64,000 bases of DNA, from assembly GCA_963666055.2 (NCBI GenBank), contig CAXWPH010000002.1, positions 224,001-288,000 on the forward strand. Reading direction: 5' to 3'. The notes beneath the pieces were generated by a model. It was not told the DNA's origin, made no database searches, and worked only from the letters and a program-made list of their open reading frames with translations. A program made the translations under genes and the position numbers. Within the stretch, counting starts at the first letter, position 1. Each line of letters starts with the position of its first letter. This DNA is from Acidobacteriota bacterium. Lineage in GTDB: Bacteria > Acidobacteriota > UBA890 > WLXD01. Of this stretch, positions 39,531 to 48,576 are shown piece by piece.

Positions 39531-41230
39531 CAGCTCGCCGCGTACTTGATGATCATCAGCGTGAGGTCGTCGTGCTGCGGGGCGCCGGTGCTGAAAGCCG
39601 AGACGGCGTCGAACACCGCCTTACCCATGACGGCCGCGTTCTGGTGGCGCTCCGCCACTACCACCGAAGCGAGGGCCTCCTCTCCGTACTCTTCCTCAGC
39701 CGGGTTGTTGGCCTCGGTAATGCCGTCCGAGAACACCACCACCACATCATCGTCGTTCAGCTGCACGGTCTGCACCTCGTAATCACGGTCGGCGAACAGT
39801 CCCAAGGGCATGCCGCCGCCGATCAGACGCTTGGGCTCTGCGTCGCCGCGTACTAGCAGGGCGGGGTTGTGCCCGGCGTTGACGAACTGCAGCTGTCCAT
39901 CGGGTCGCAGCAGCCCCACGAAGAATGTCGCATAGCGCTCGGGTGAAGTGCGTTCTACCAGGAAGTTATTCACGTGGCTGCAGACGAACGCCAGGTCTTC
40001 CGAGGTCTGGGTGGCCGCCAAGAATGCCGCTTGTAGCGTGGCCATCAACATGGCGGCCGGGATGCCCTTGCCCGAGACGTCACCGACAGCGAACCCGAGC
40101 GTGCCCCACTGCGTTTCGAAGAACTCGTAGTAGTCGCCACCGACGCCGCGCGAAGGAACGTTGAGGGCGTGGACCTCGTACCAGTCCGACTCCGGGAAGT
40201 CCGATAGCAGCAAGCTTCGCTGAATACGGTTGGCGACGCGCAGCTCGTCCTCCATGCGCCGCTTCTCGAGCGCTTCCTCGTAGAGGCGGGCGTTGTCGAT
40301 GGCGATCGCCGCATGGCTCGCGAACGACTCGAGCATCGAAAGATCCTGATCGCCGAAGTTGCGTGTCGACGACCGTCGATCGACGTAAAGGACGCCGAGG
40401 ATTCGCGGCGACGAATCACCGCCATCGCTGCTCTGCAGATCCCCCAGGTCGGAGTCCTCGACGCGGGAGAAATGCGAAAGTCGCAGCGGTACGCACATGA
40501 CAGTCCGTAAATGCAGCCCGACGATGCTCTGCTGGGCGCTGAAGTGCTCGTCCTCGGTGACGTCGGTGAGAATCTGTGCTTCGCCAGTGCCGAAGACGGC
40601 CCGCACCACGCTCTGGCTGTATTGGGTGGCCAGGGCGTCGCTGGCGAGGTTGCGCTGGGCGGCGATCTCGAGCGCGTCGGCCTCGCTTCCCATCAGCATC
40701 ATGCAGCGCTCGCCCTCGGTGAGGGCGATCACTGCGTCCATGACCTTCTCGAGCACGTCGTTCAGGCGCAACGACGAGTTCAGCGCTTTGCTTATCTCGA
40801 GTAGAGCCTCCAGGTTTCGGGTGCTGTTCCGTTGCTCCCTGGCGGCGCTGGCGGCGCTGCCGCCGTCCAGCGTCGTCGACTTACCGGTGCTGGCGATCAT
40901 CGTCGTGAACTCGCCTCCCGAGCGGAAGGTGAGCAAATGGTTTGTCGCACCACCCAGGCGAATCCGATCGTTCGGCCCAAGCACATGACGCTGGATGCGC
41001 TTTTGGTTCACGAACGTGCCGTGAGTGCTGCCGAGGTCTTCGATGACGAACTCGGCGGCGTCGTACAGAATGCGGGCGTGGTCACGCGACACCGTCGGGT
41101 CGAGCACCTGTACCTCATTGGTGCTCCGGCGACCTAGAGTGAGCGGCAGGTTCTCCAGCGCCACCCTGGTCATATCGCCGTCCGGATCACGGAACATCAG
41201 GTACGGCTGGGCGGACAGATCCTCAGACAT
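39530..41230 (-). CDS. FHA-GAF-PP2C (SpoIIE/RsbU-like) protein phosphatase
   Basis: FHA: GR...VSRDHA...DLGSTHGTFVN; GAF: CVPL...GVLYVD; PP2C: VGGDYY, DVSGKG, NAGH, SDGITEA, DDLT. Confidence 0.93.
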   Translation of the reverse strand: MSEDLSAQPYLMFRDPDGDMTRVALENLPLTLGRRSTNEVQVLDPTVSRDHARILYDAAEFVIEDLGSTHGTFVNQKRIQRHVLGPNDRIRLGGATNHLLTFRSGGEFTTMIASTGKSTTLDGGSAASAAREQRNSTRNLEALLEISKALNSSLRLNDVLEKVMDAVIALTEGERCMMLMGSEADALEIAAQRNLASDALATQYSQSVVRAVFGTGEAQILTDVTEDEHFSAQQSIVGLHLRTVMCVPLRLSHFSRVEDSDLGDLQSSDGGDSSPRILGVLYVDRRSSTRNFGDQDLSMLESFASHAAIAIDNARLYEEALEKRRMEDELRVANRIQRSLLLSDFPESDWYEVHALNVPSRGVGGDYYEFFETQWGTLGFAVGDVSGKGIPAAMLMATLQAAFLAATQTSEDLAFVCSHVNNFLVERTSPERYATFFVGLLRPDGQLQFVNAGHNPALLVRGDAEPKRLIGGGMPLGLFADRDYEVQTVQLNDDDVVVVFSDGITEANNPAEEEYGEEALASVVVAERHQNAAVMGKAVFDAVSAFSTGAPQHDDLTLMIIKYAAS

Positions 41231-41468
41231 CGTTGCTCGTGTGGTTTGCCGGAGCGGGGCGAGCCAGCGGCACCGACGAACGCGTCTCGGTCGCCGACTC
41301 GAGAAGGGGCGAGGCCGTACGATCAACTGATCAGACCGCGAAAGGCATTCTACTTCGCGTTTGCTGATGGCGTCACGATAAGCGCTGCCGACGGCGCGGT
41401 TGTGGCCATCTCGATCCGATGGCATTGTCAAACAAAGTACTCGTCGGAACGAATTCAAGGCGCTGCGC

Positions 41469-42044
41469 ATGGAATCTCTGCAGGCTCGGGCAGAACAACA
41501 CCTGCGGGTGATTCGTGCGGCCATGGAGCGTGCCACATCGTTCACCGCGCTACCCGGCTGGGGCGGCGTGATCATGGGAGCGGTTGGCTTGATAGGGGCG
41601 CTGGCGGCCGCGCCGATGACAGATCCGCGGCAGTGGGTGCTGGTTTGGCTCTTCGCAGCGGGCGTTGCCGTCCCCGTCGGGGCGTTCACCATGTGGCGGA
41701 AGGCGAGCAGAGCCGGCGTCGACCTGTACTCTGGCACCGCGCGTATGTTCGTTGGCTGCCTGGCAACCCCCATCGCGGCCGGCGCCATCCTCACAGCGGC
41801 GCTCATCGAGCGGCAGGCGTACGCGGTGCTGCCAGCCGTGTGGCTGACTTTGTACGGCACCGCAGCGGTTGTCGGCGGCGTGTTCTCGGTGCGCCTTGTG
41901 CCGCTGATGGGGGTGGCATTCATGGTGCTCGGTGGGTTCGCCGCCTTTGCGCCGCTGGTGGTTGGCAACGCGCTCATGGGTGTCGGGTTCGGCTTGCTCC
42001 ATGGGGTGGTTGGGCTGGTCATCGTTCGCCGCTTTGGCGGCTGA
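41469..42044 (+). CDS. Multi-TM membrane protein of the type paired with a winged-helix regulator
   Basis: AEQHLRVIRAAMER followed by about 6 TM helices, WLTLYG, FGLLH. Confidence 0.8.
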   Translation: MESLQARAEQHLRVIRAAMERATSFTALPGWGGVIMGAVGLIGALAAAPMTDPRQWVLVWLFAAGVAVPVGAFTMWRKASRAGVDLYSGTARMFVGCLATPIAAGAILTAALIERQAYAVLPAVWLTLYGTAAVVGGVFSVRLVPLMGVAFMVLGGFAAFAPLVVGNALMGVGFGLLHGVVGLVIVRRFGG

Positions 42045-42059
42045 CGCACGAGAGGCGAT

Positions 42060-42437
42060 ATGAAGGTGAAACGACAGCGTGATCGTTCTAGTGGAGCCCG
42101 GTCTCCGGTTTCGCCTCGGCTGATCGAGGGTGGCATCGATGCTGCCGTGCCCCTCGACCGGACGATTCATCAGCCCGTGCGCCTGGCGATCATCAGCTCG
42201 TTGGCGGTGAACGACGCGCTGAGCTTCAACGAGCTCAAGCAGCTGCTCGAGTTGACAGATGGCAACCTGAGCGTGCACGCGCGCAAGCTCGAGGACGCCG
42301 GGTACGTTGCTTGCGACAAGAAGTTCGTCGGGCGTATGCCACGTACGCAGTACCGACTGACCGGCTCGGGGCGCCACGCGCTCGAGCGCTATCTGGAGCA
42401 CATGGAGGCGCTTATCGCTGCCGTGCGGCAGTCGTAG
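42060..42437 (+). CDS. Winged-helix transcriptional regulator (HTH_34 type)
   Basis: IHQPVRLAI, TDGNLSVHARKLE, PRTQYRLT. Confidence 0.92.
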   Translation: MKVKRQRDRSSGARSPVSPRLIEGGIDAAVPLDRTIHQPVRLAIISSLAVNDALSFNELKQLLELTDGNLSVHARKLEDAGYVACDKKFVGRMPRTQYRLTGSGRHALERYLEHMEALIAAVRQS

Positions 42438-42711
42438 CAGGCCGTGGTGAAAGTGTGGTGGGTCTGGCGACAGGGTCTTGCGAGGTGGAGGCAAGGAGAG
42501 AGAGGAGGCGATGGTTACCCCATCGTTGAGGAGGAACGACGCAGCATGCGCGCGCAACCCCCTGTCGCCCAAAGGGTTACGGCGATTTGGGGCCATCTGC
42601 AGCGTTGGCCTTCCTCGACGATGGCCGGGGCATCGCCTGTGTCAGGCCGCCTTGCATCTGGCCCCAACTCGCCGTAACCAGACCCACCACACTTTCACCA
42701 CGGCCTGCTAG
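42434..42711 (+). mobile_element. MITE-like element, copy 2 (278 bp)
   Basis: Same TIRs and body as copy 1 with roughly a dozen differences; begins at the regulator's TAG (GTAG context). Confidence 0.9.
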
Positions 42712-42744
42712 CAGGCCCACCTCACTTCCACCCCGGCCTGCCAG
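42708..42744. repeat. Collapsed mini-element adjoining copy 2
   Basis: CTAGCAGGCC-CACCTCACTTCCACCCCGGCCTGCCAG: both TIR ends fused and diverged. Confidence 0.65.
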
Positions 42745-42787
42745 ACGCAAGGAGTCGCCGACGCTGCGTGGCATAGTTGAAGGCATC

Positions 42788-45277
42788 ATGGCCGGCAATT
42801 CGACACACTCCGATCTGCTGTCGCTGCGTCTCCTGCTGCTGGCGCTGGCAGCGGCCGCTCCCGTTGGCCTGCTGTCGCTGGGCTGGGCGATCGGCGGCCC
42901 CGCGCCGCAGGAAGACTATCGCGACCCGACGCAATTCCCCGCCTACTTCGAGGCGGGGCCACATGTAGAGGGCTACCGGTTCACCGAGCTGCCGCTCGAT
43001 CGCGACTCGCCCTTTTACCCGTCGTCGGCCACGACGCGTTCCGAGGGGTTTTACTCGCAGGAACAGCTCATGGATGTCGAGCGCTGCGGTGACGCTGGGT
43101 GTCACCCCGACATCTACGACATGTGGTTCGAGTCGGCACACCACCTTGCCTCGATGTCCGACCCCTGGTACCGGCGTACGGTGAAGTTCTTTCAGGAGCG
43201 GGCGGGGGTGCGCGCCTCACAGTGGTGTGGCGGTTGCCACGACCCGGCGCTGATGATGACCGGCAAGATGCAGGGCACGGAGCCCATTGATTTCGAGGGT
43301 GCCGGCGCCAACATCGGCATCTCGTGTCAGTTCTGTCACAGCGTTGACCGGGTGCACTCGGCCCGGGCCAACGGTTCCTACCGGCTGGCGCCGGCCGCGG
43401 TGTTGCCCTATTCGGGTACCACCGATCCAGAGCTGCGGCAGCGCGGCAACGCCGAGCTGCTTGCCGACCCCGAGTTGATCAGGCGCCACAAGGCGCGTCG
43501 CCGCAGCCCGTTCCATTCGTTGTCGCTGTTCTGCGGTACCTGCCACAAGCAGAGCCTGATCACGCCAGTGAACAACTACAAGTGGCTACGCGGTTTCGAC
43601 GAGTACGACGGTTGGCAGGCGAGCGGTATCTCGGGCGGCTCAGCACGGTCGTTCTACTACCCGGAAAAACCCCTGCAATGCCAGGACTGCCACATGCCCG
43701 AGGTGCCGTCGAACGACGCCGGTAACGATGACGGCATGGTCAACTCGCATCGCTTTCTGGGCGCCAACACCGCGTTGCCGGCGGTGCTCGGCTACGAGGC
43801 GCAACTGCGAGCTACGGTGGAGTTCTTACAAGACGATCAAGTTACCGTCGATATCTTCGCTCTGCGACTGGGGTTGCCGGGAGCTACAGAGCAGCTCATC
43901 GCCCCGGCCAACGCCGCCCCGGTCAGCGTGGTGCCCGGCGAGCTGGTCGGTGTGGAGATCGTCGTACGAACGCGCGGCGTCGGGCATCAGTTCACCGGTG
44001 GCACGACCGACAGCAACATGAGCTGGCTCGAGGTGAGTCTCGTTGACGGCGAGGGCCGACCGCTGCTGATGTCGGGAGGTATGAACGAAGAACGCGAGGT
44101 CGATCCGAGCTCCCACTTCTATCGTGGTCTCTTCCTCGACGAGGCTGGCCAGGAGCTCGACAAGCGTAATGGCTGGGATCGTCGGACGCCCGTTTATGTG
44201 CGCGCCATCCCACCGGGCGCCGCCGACACGGTGCACTACCGTTTCAAGGTTCCCGACGATGCTCGCGGCGCGCTGCGGCTACGTGCCCGGCTCAACTACC
44301 GGAAGCACAAGCAGGCGTATAACCGGTGGGCTTTGGGGGCAGTTCCAGCCAGCGCCCAATCGACCGAGGCGGTAAGCCGCCCGGAAGTTGACACCCGTCG
44401 GTGGGAGTACGACGACACCAAGGTTGCCGACATACCGACGGTGGTTCTCAGCGAGGCCGAGCTGCAGCTGGCCGTCCGCGCCGTGTCCACCAACGATGCT
44501 CCTAGTTCACCGGCGCCGCAGCGCGACGATTGGATGCGCTTCAACGATTACGCCATCGGCTTGTTGCGCCAGGGGGACTCCCGCGCTGCGATCGAAGCGT
44601 TCCGAGTCGTGCAGCAGGTGTACCCGGAGTACGCGGACGGGTTCGTGAACGAGGCCAGGGCGCATCTGAGCGAGGGCAACCTGGCCGAGGTGGAGGCAGT
44701 TCTCGAGCGGGCCACGGCGCTCGAACCCGGCTATTTCAAGGTCGCGTACTTCCAGGCCCAGGCGGCGCGTGGCTTCGGGGAGTACGAGCGCGCCGCCGAG
44801 CTTCTCGAGCGGGTTGTGGAGGAATTTCCCTACGACCGCGTCGTGAGGCTCGATCTCGGCAACGTCTACTACTTGCTGGGGAGGTACGACGACGCCATTC
44901 GAGACCTCTTGTTCGTGCTCGATCAGATCGACTCGGAGGAGCTCGGCGCACACTACAACCTGATGCTCAGCTACCGCGCGCTTGGCGACGACGCCAAGGC
45001 CCGGGTACACGAGTCACGCTATCTACGCTATCGCGAGGACGAGGACATCCGTCAGCTCACAGGACAGCACAAGCGCGACCACCCACACGACAACAACGAG
45101 GCGCAGCCGATTCACTTCCACGAGCTGTCAGAGGTGTCGGGTTGGTTCAGCGCGCCGCAACTCGACCCATGGACCGATTGGCTCGAGGGTGGCAGCCGCG
45201 CGCGCCCGGCGCGTGAATTCCCAGGGCCGACCCCACCGTGGCGGCGTACCGACCGCGCCACCGGCGAACAACCATGA
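42788..45277 (+). CDS. Multihaem cytochrome c (c554/c552-like) fused to TPR repeats
   Basis: CGDAGCH, CGGCH, CQFCH, CGTCH, CQDCHMP; SHRFLGAN, VGHQFTGG; C-terminal TPRs; signal peptide. Confidence 0.88.
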   Translation: MAGNSTHSDLLSLRLLLLALAAAAPVGLLSLGWAIGGPAPQEDYRDPTQFPAYFEAGPHVEGYRFTELPLDRDSPFYPSSATTRSEGFYSQEQLMDVERCGDAGCHPDIYDMWFESAHHLASMSDPWYRRTVKFFQERAGVRASQWCGGCHDPALMMTGKMQGTEPIDFEGAGANIGISCQFCHSVDRVHSARANGSYRLAPAAVLPYSGTTDPELRQRGNAELLADPELIRRHKARRRSPFHSLSLFCGTCHKQSLITPVNNYKWLRGFDEYDGWQASGISGGSARSFYYPEKPLQCQDCHMPEVPSNDAGNDDGMVNSHRFLGANTALPAVLGYEAQLRATVEFLQDDQVTVDIFALRLGLPGATEQLIAPANAAPVSVVPGELVGVEIVVRTRGVGHQFTGGTTDSNMSWLEVSLVDGEGRPLLMSGGMNEEREVDPSSHFYRGLFLDEAGQELDKRNGWDRRTPVYVRAIPPGAADTVHYRFKVPDDARGALRLRARLNYRKHKQAYNRWALGAVPASAQSTEAVSRPEVDTRRWEYDDTKVADIPTVVLSEAELQLAVRAVSTNDAPSSPAPQRDDWMRFNDYAIGLLRQGDSRAAIEAFRVVQQVYPEYADGFVNEARAHLSEGNLAEVEAVLERATALEPGYFKVAYFQAQAARGFGEYERAAELLERVVEEFPYDRVVRLDLGNVYYLLGRYDDAIRDLLFVLDQIDSEELGAHYNLMLSYRALGDDAKARVHESRYLRYREDEDIRQLTGQHKRDHPHDNNEAQPIHFHELSEVSGWFSAPQLDPWTDWLEGGSRARPAREFPGPTPPWRRTDRATGEQP

Positions 45278-47019
45278 GCCGCCTCCGAGCGCTGCTGGTT
45301 GTTGTGATCGCCGTGGCGCTGACAGCGGCCGTGCTACGAGCCGAAGAATCGACGCGGTTCATCGATCACACGGCTGCTGCGGGGATCGATTTTCGACACG
45401 TTAACGGCGCGTTCGGTAACAAGTGGATGCCCGAGAGCCTGGGAGCAGGCGTAGCGTTGTTCGACGCCGACGGCGACGGTTGGACGGATATCCTGTTCGT
45501 TCAGGGAACGACGTGGCCGGGACACGAGACGGCGGTGCCGGTGGAATTGCGCCAAGCGACGATGCAGCTGTACCGCAATCGCGGCGACCGCACGTTCGAG
45601 AACATCACCGTCGGCTCGGGGCTCGAGGTCCCCCTTTACGGATTCGGCGCCGCCCCTGCCGACTACGACGGCGACGGCGACACCGACCTGCTGATCACTG
45701 CTTATGGTGCGAACCGCATGTTCCAGAACGCCGGTGACGGTTCGTTTACGGACGTAACCGAGGCGTCAGGCATGGGACATCCGGGCTGGAGCACTTCGGC
45801 GGCCTGGCTCGACTACGACCTCGACGGAGATCTCGATGTCTACGTGGCGAACTATGTGAAGTGGACGCCAGGAAACGATATCTGGTGCTCGCTGGACGGC
45901 ATCAACAAGTCCTACTGCACCCCCGAGTCTTACGAGGGTGAGCCCTCGGTTCTGTATCGCAACGAGGGTGACGGCACTTTCACCGACGTCAGCGTCGAAG
46001 CGCGGGTGTTCGTACCGGGCGGTAAGTCGTTGGGCGTCACGGTGGCCGATTTCAACGCCGACGGACGACCAGATTTCGCCGTTTCCAACGATACCGAACC
46101 GAACTTCCTGTTCGAGAACGCCGGCGACGGCACTTTCGCCGAGGTGGGGTTGCTGTCAGGCATGGCGTTCGATGCCAGCGGTCGGGCCCGGGCCGGCATG
46201 GGGATCGACACCGCCGACTTGACCAACACCGGCCGTTTGGCGATCGCCATCGGCAACTTCAGTAAGGAGATGATCGGGCTGTTCGAACAGGGCTCGAGCG
46301 GCCTTTTCGTCGACATCGCGGGACGCGCCGGGGTGGGACGGTCGAGCTTTCCGTTTCTTACGTTCGCGCTCTTCTTCTTCGACCACGATCTAGACGGCTG
46401 GCTCGACCTCTTCGCCGTCAACGGCCATCTGGAGTCCCGTATCGCCGAGATCGAGGCCAGTATCGCCTACGAGCAACGCCCCCTGCTGTACCTCAACCGC
46501 GGCGACGGAACGTTACAGGAAGTAGGGAAGCGCGCCGGCGAAGCGATGACCCGCGCCATCGTCGGGCGTGGGGCGGCGTATGCAGATTTTGATCACGACG
46601 GTGACCTCGACGTCGTGATGACGAGCAACGACGGGCCCGCCTACCTGCTGCTCAGTACCACTCGTGACCGCCAGAATCCGCCGCATGTCGTGCGCATCAC
46701 GCTCCGCGACGCGGGTCCCAATACAGCCGCAATCGGCGCCGCGGTCACGGTGCGCGCTGGCGAATGGCAACAAGTCCAGCTGGTGCGCTCGGGCTCGTCA
46801 TACGCCTCGCATAGCGAGCCCACGCTGACCTTCGGTCTGGGCGCTGTCGAGGTGATCGACGCGATCGAGATCATCTGGCCCGACGGCGAACGGCAGGAGC
46901 TCGAGGGCGCTGTCCTGGCCGAGGCGGTGGACCATGAGCTGTTTGTCCGGCGTGGTGGCGTCGAGGCGCGGCTGCGTCTCGAGCCCACGGCAGTCGCGCC
47001 GGCGTGGCGCGCTCCGTAG
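45274..47019 (+). CDS. CRTAC1-family FG-GAP repeat protein with ASPIC/UnbV domain
   Basis: Repeated DxDGDGxxDL and LYRNxGDGTF; C-terminal GSSYASH...FGLG...IIWPDG; ATGA overlap. Confidence 0.92.
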   Translation: MSRLRALLVVVIAVALTAAVLRAEESTRFIDHTAAAGIDFRHVNGAFGNKWMPESLGAGVALFDADGDGWTDILFVQGTTWPGHETAVPVELRQATMQLYRNRGDRTFENITVGSGLEVPLYGFGAAPADYDGDGDTDLLITAYGANRMFQNAGDGSFTDVTEASGMGHPGWSTSAAWLDYDLDGDLDVYVANYVKWTPGNDIWCSLDGINKSYCTPESYEGEPSVLYRNEGDGTFTDVSVEARVFVPGGKSLGVTVADFNADGRPDFAVSNDTEPNFLFENAGDGTFAEVGLLSGMAFDASGRARAGMGIDTADLTNTGRLAIAIGNFSKEMIGLFEQGSSGLFVDIAGRAGVGRSSFPFLTFALFFFDHDLDGWLDLFAVNGHLESRIAEIEASIAYEQRPLLYLNRGDGTLQEVGKRAGEAMTRAIVGRGAAYADFDHDGDLDVVMTSNDGPAYLLLSTTRDRQNPPHVVRITLRDAGPNTAAIGAAVTVRAGEWQQVQLVRSGSSYASHSEPTLTFGLGAVEVIDAIEIIWPDGERQELEGAVLAEAVDHELFVRRGGVEARLRLEPTAVAPAWRAP

Positions 47020-47217
47020 CCGCAGCTCGGACTGCGAGCCGCTCACCGGGCGGCTCGGCCGCTGGTGGATAGCCAGCGCCCGCTCGGCGGTTTGCGTCTT
47101 GTCCGTCTCGGGACGCCGACGTACGCTGAAAGCTGGTTTCCTGACCTAATCGCCTCCCGCCCACCTTCGAGTCAGGCTACCAACACCCTCCTCCTCGACT
47201 CCCCGCCAAGCGCAGCA

Positions 47218-48576
47218 ATGGAAACCCCGGATCTAGAGCCCGCCAGGCGAGCCATGTCCAGCGACGCGAACCCGTCTGAACGCACGTCGCTCAAGCTGCC
47301 CGCGGCCATCGTCGGCCTCATATTGGTCCTCGGTGTGGCCCTCGGTGCGTTGTCGGTGATTGCTGCTGTGAGGTTCGGTTTGCTCGATGGCAGATCCATC
47401 GGCCTCGGATCCGCCGAGATGCCCCTGATGGACCACGGGGGACCAGGTGACGAGCCCCGGGGCGAGTCACCGCCTGGTCCGATGGCTGCGCCGGTCGAGG
47501 TCGTGCCCGCGGTCGAGATCGTGGCAGCAGAAAGAGTGGAGTTGCTCGGTACGGCCTCGCCAGTGCGCGAGTCGTTGGTGGCCAGCGAGGTCGACGGCCT
47601 GCTGTCGGAGCTGCGCGTTCACGAGGGTGACGCGGTACGCCGTGGTCAGGTACTCGTGCGGCTAAGGACCGCGGCACTCGAGCAGCAGCTCAACGCGGCG
47701 CATGCAGCGCGCGCCGAGACCGACGCGCGGCTGGCCCGTGCCAGTACCGATTTCGATCGCCTTGCCAGCCTGCTGGAGCGCGCTGCGATCTCGCGGCGCG
47801 AGTACGATCAAGCGGTCTCGGACCGGGACGCGTTCGTCCAGGGTGTGGCGCGCCTCGACGCTGAGGTGGCTCGACTCGAAGACGCTCTCGAGCGCGCCGC
47901 GGTGCGGGCGCCGTTCTCGGGACGGGTCTCGGCAGTGCATGTCGAGATCGGTGAGTGGGTCGCGCAGGGGGACGAGATTATCTCGCTGGTCGACCTGTCG
48001 GAGGTCGAGGTGGCGGTACAGATCGCCGAGCGCTACATCTCGGCGATACAGGTGGGGTTCCCGGTCGACGTAAGGCTGGACGCATTGCCCGGGCGGGACT
48101 ATGCCGGGATAGTGAAGGCGATCGTCCCGCAGGCGATGCCAGAAGCGCGTACCTTCCCGGTTCTGATACGTGTGCAGAATCCGGACCTGGCGATCAAGGG
48201 CGGCATGGCGGCTCGCGTGTCGGCGCAGCTCGGCAGCCCCGAGCCGGCAGTGCTCGTGAGCAAGGATGCGATCGTGCGCCGGGGCGACCAGGTGCTCGTC
48301 TTCCGCGTCATGGCCATGGGGCCGCCGCCTGAGCCGAGCGGCGTCGGTACGCGCGGCGTGATCGAGCAGGTGTCGGTGGACATTGGCCCCGCGCGGGGAC
48401 AGTGGCAGGTGGTCTATGGAGCCGTTGCGGAAGGCGATCTCGTGATCGTGCGCGGCAACGAGCGCGTCTTCCCCGGCCAGCCGGTACAGGTGTCCGCTGT
48501 GCGCGACCTGGCGGTGCCGATGGCCGATCCAAGCAAGCCGATCGCCATAGATCCTCGACAAGAAACGGGCTCATGA
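47218..48576 (+). CDS. RND efflux periplasmic adaptor (MFP)
   Basis: VASEVDG, EGDAVRRGQVL, VRAPFSGRV, RTFPV; start uncertain (47218 or 47254). Confidence 0.92.
   Translation: METPDLEPARRAMSSDANPSERTSLKLPAAIVGLILVLGVALGALSVIAAVRFGLLDGRSIGLGSAEMPLMDHGGPGDEPRGESPPGPMAAPVEVVPAVEIVAAERVELLGTASPVRESLVASEVDGLLSELRVHEGDAVRRGQVLVRLRTAALEQQLNAAHAARAETDARLARASTDFDRLASLLERAAISRREYDQAVSDRDAFVQGVARLDAEVARLEDALERAAVRAPFSGRVSAVHVEIGEWVAQGDEIISLVDLSEVEVAVQIAERYISAIQVGFPVDVRLDALPGRDYAGIVKAIVPQAMPEARTFPVLIRVQNPDLAIKGGMAARVSAQLGSPEPAVLVSKDAIVRRGDQVLVFRVMAMGPPPEPSGVGTRGVIEQVSVDIGPARGQWQVVYGAVAEGDLVIVRGNERVFPGQPVQVSAVRDLAVPMADPSKPIAIDPRQETGS

Noticed and set aside
41421-41441. Possible operator half-site CAAAGTAC upstream of the membrane protein/wHTH pair
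   Set aside because: Only one good half-site; the palindrome is too imperfect to support.
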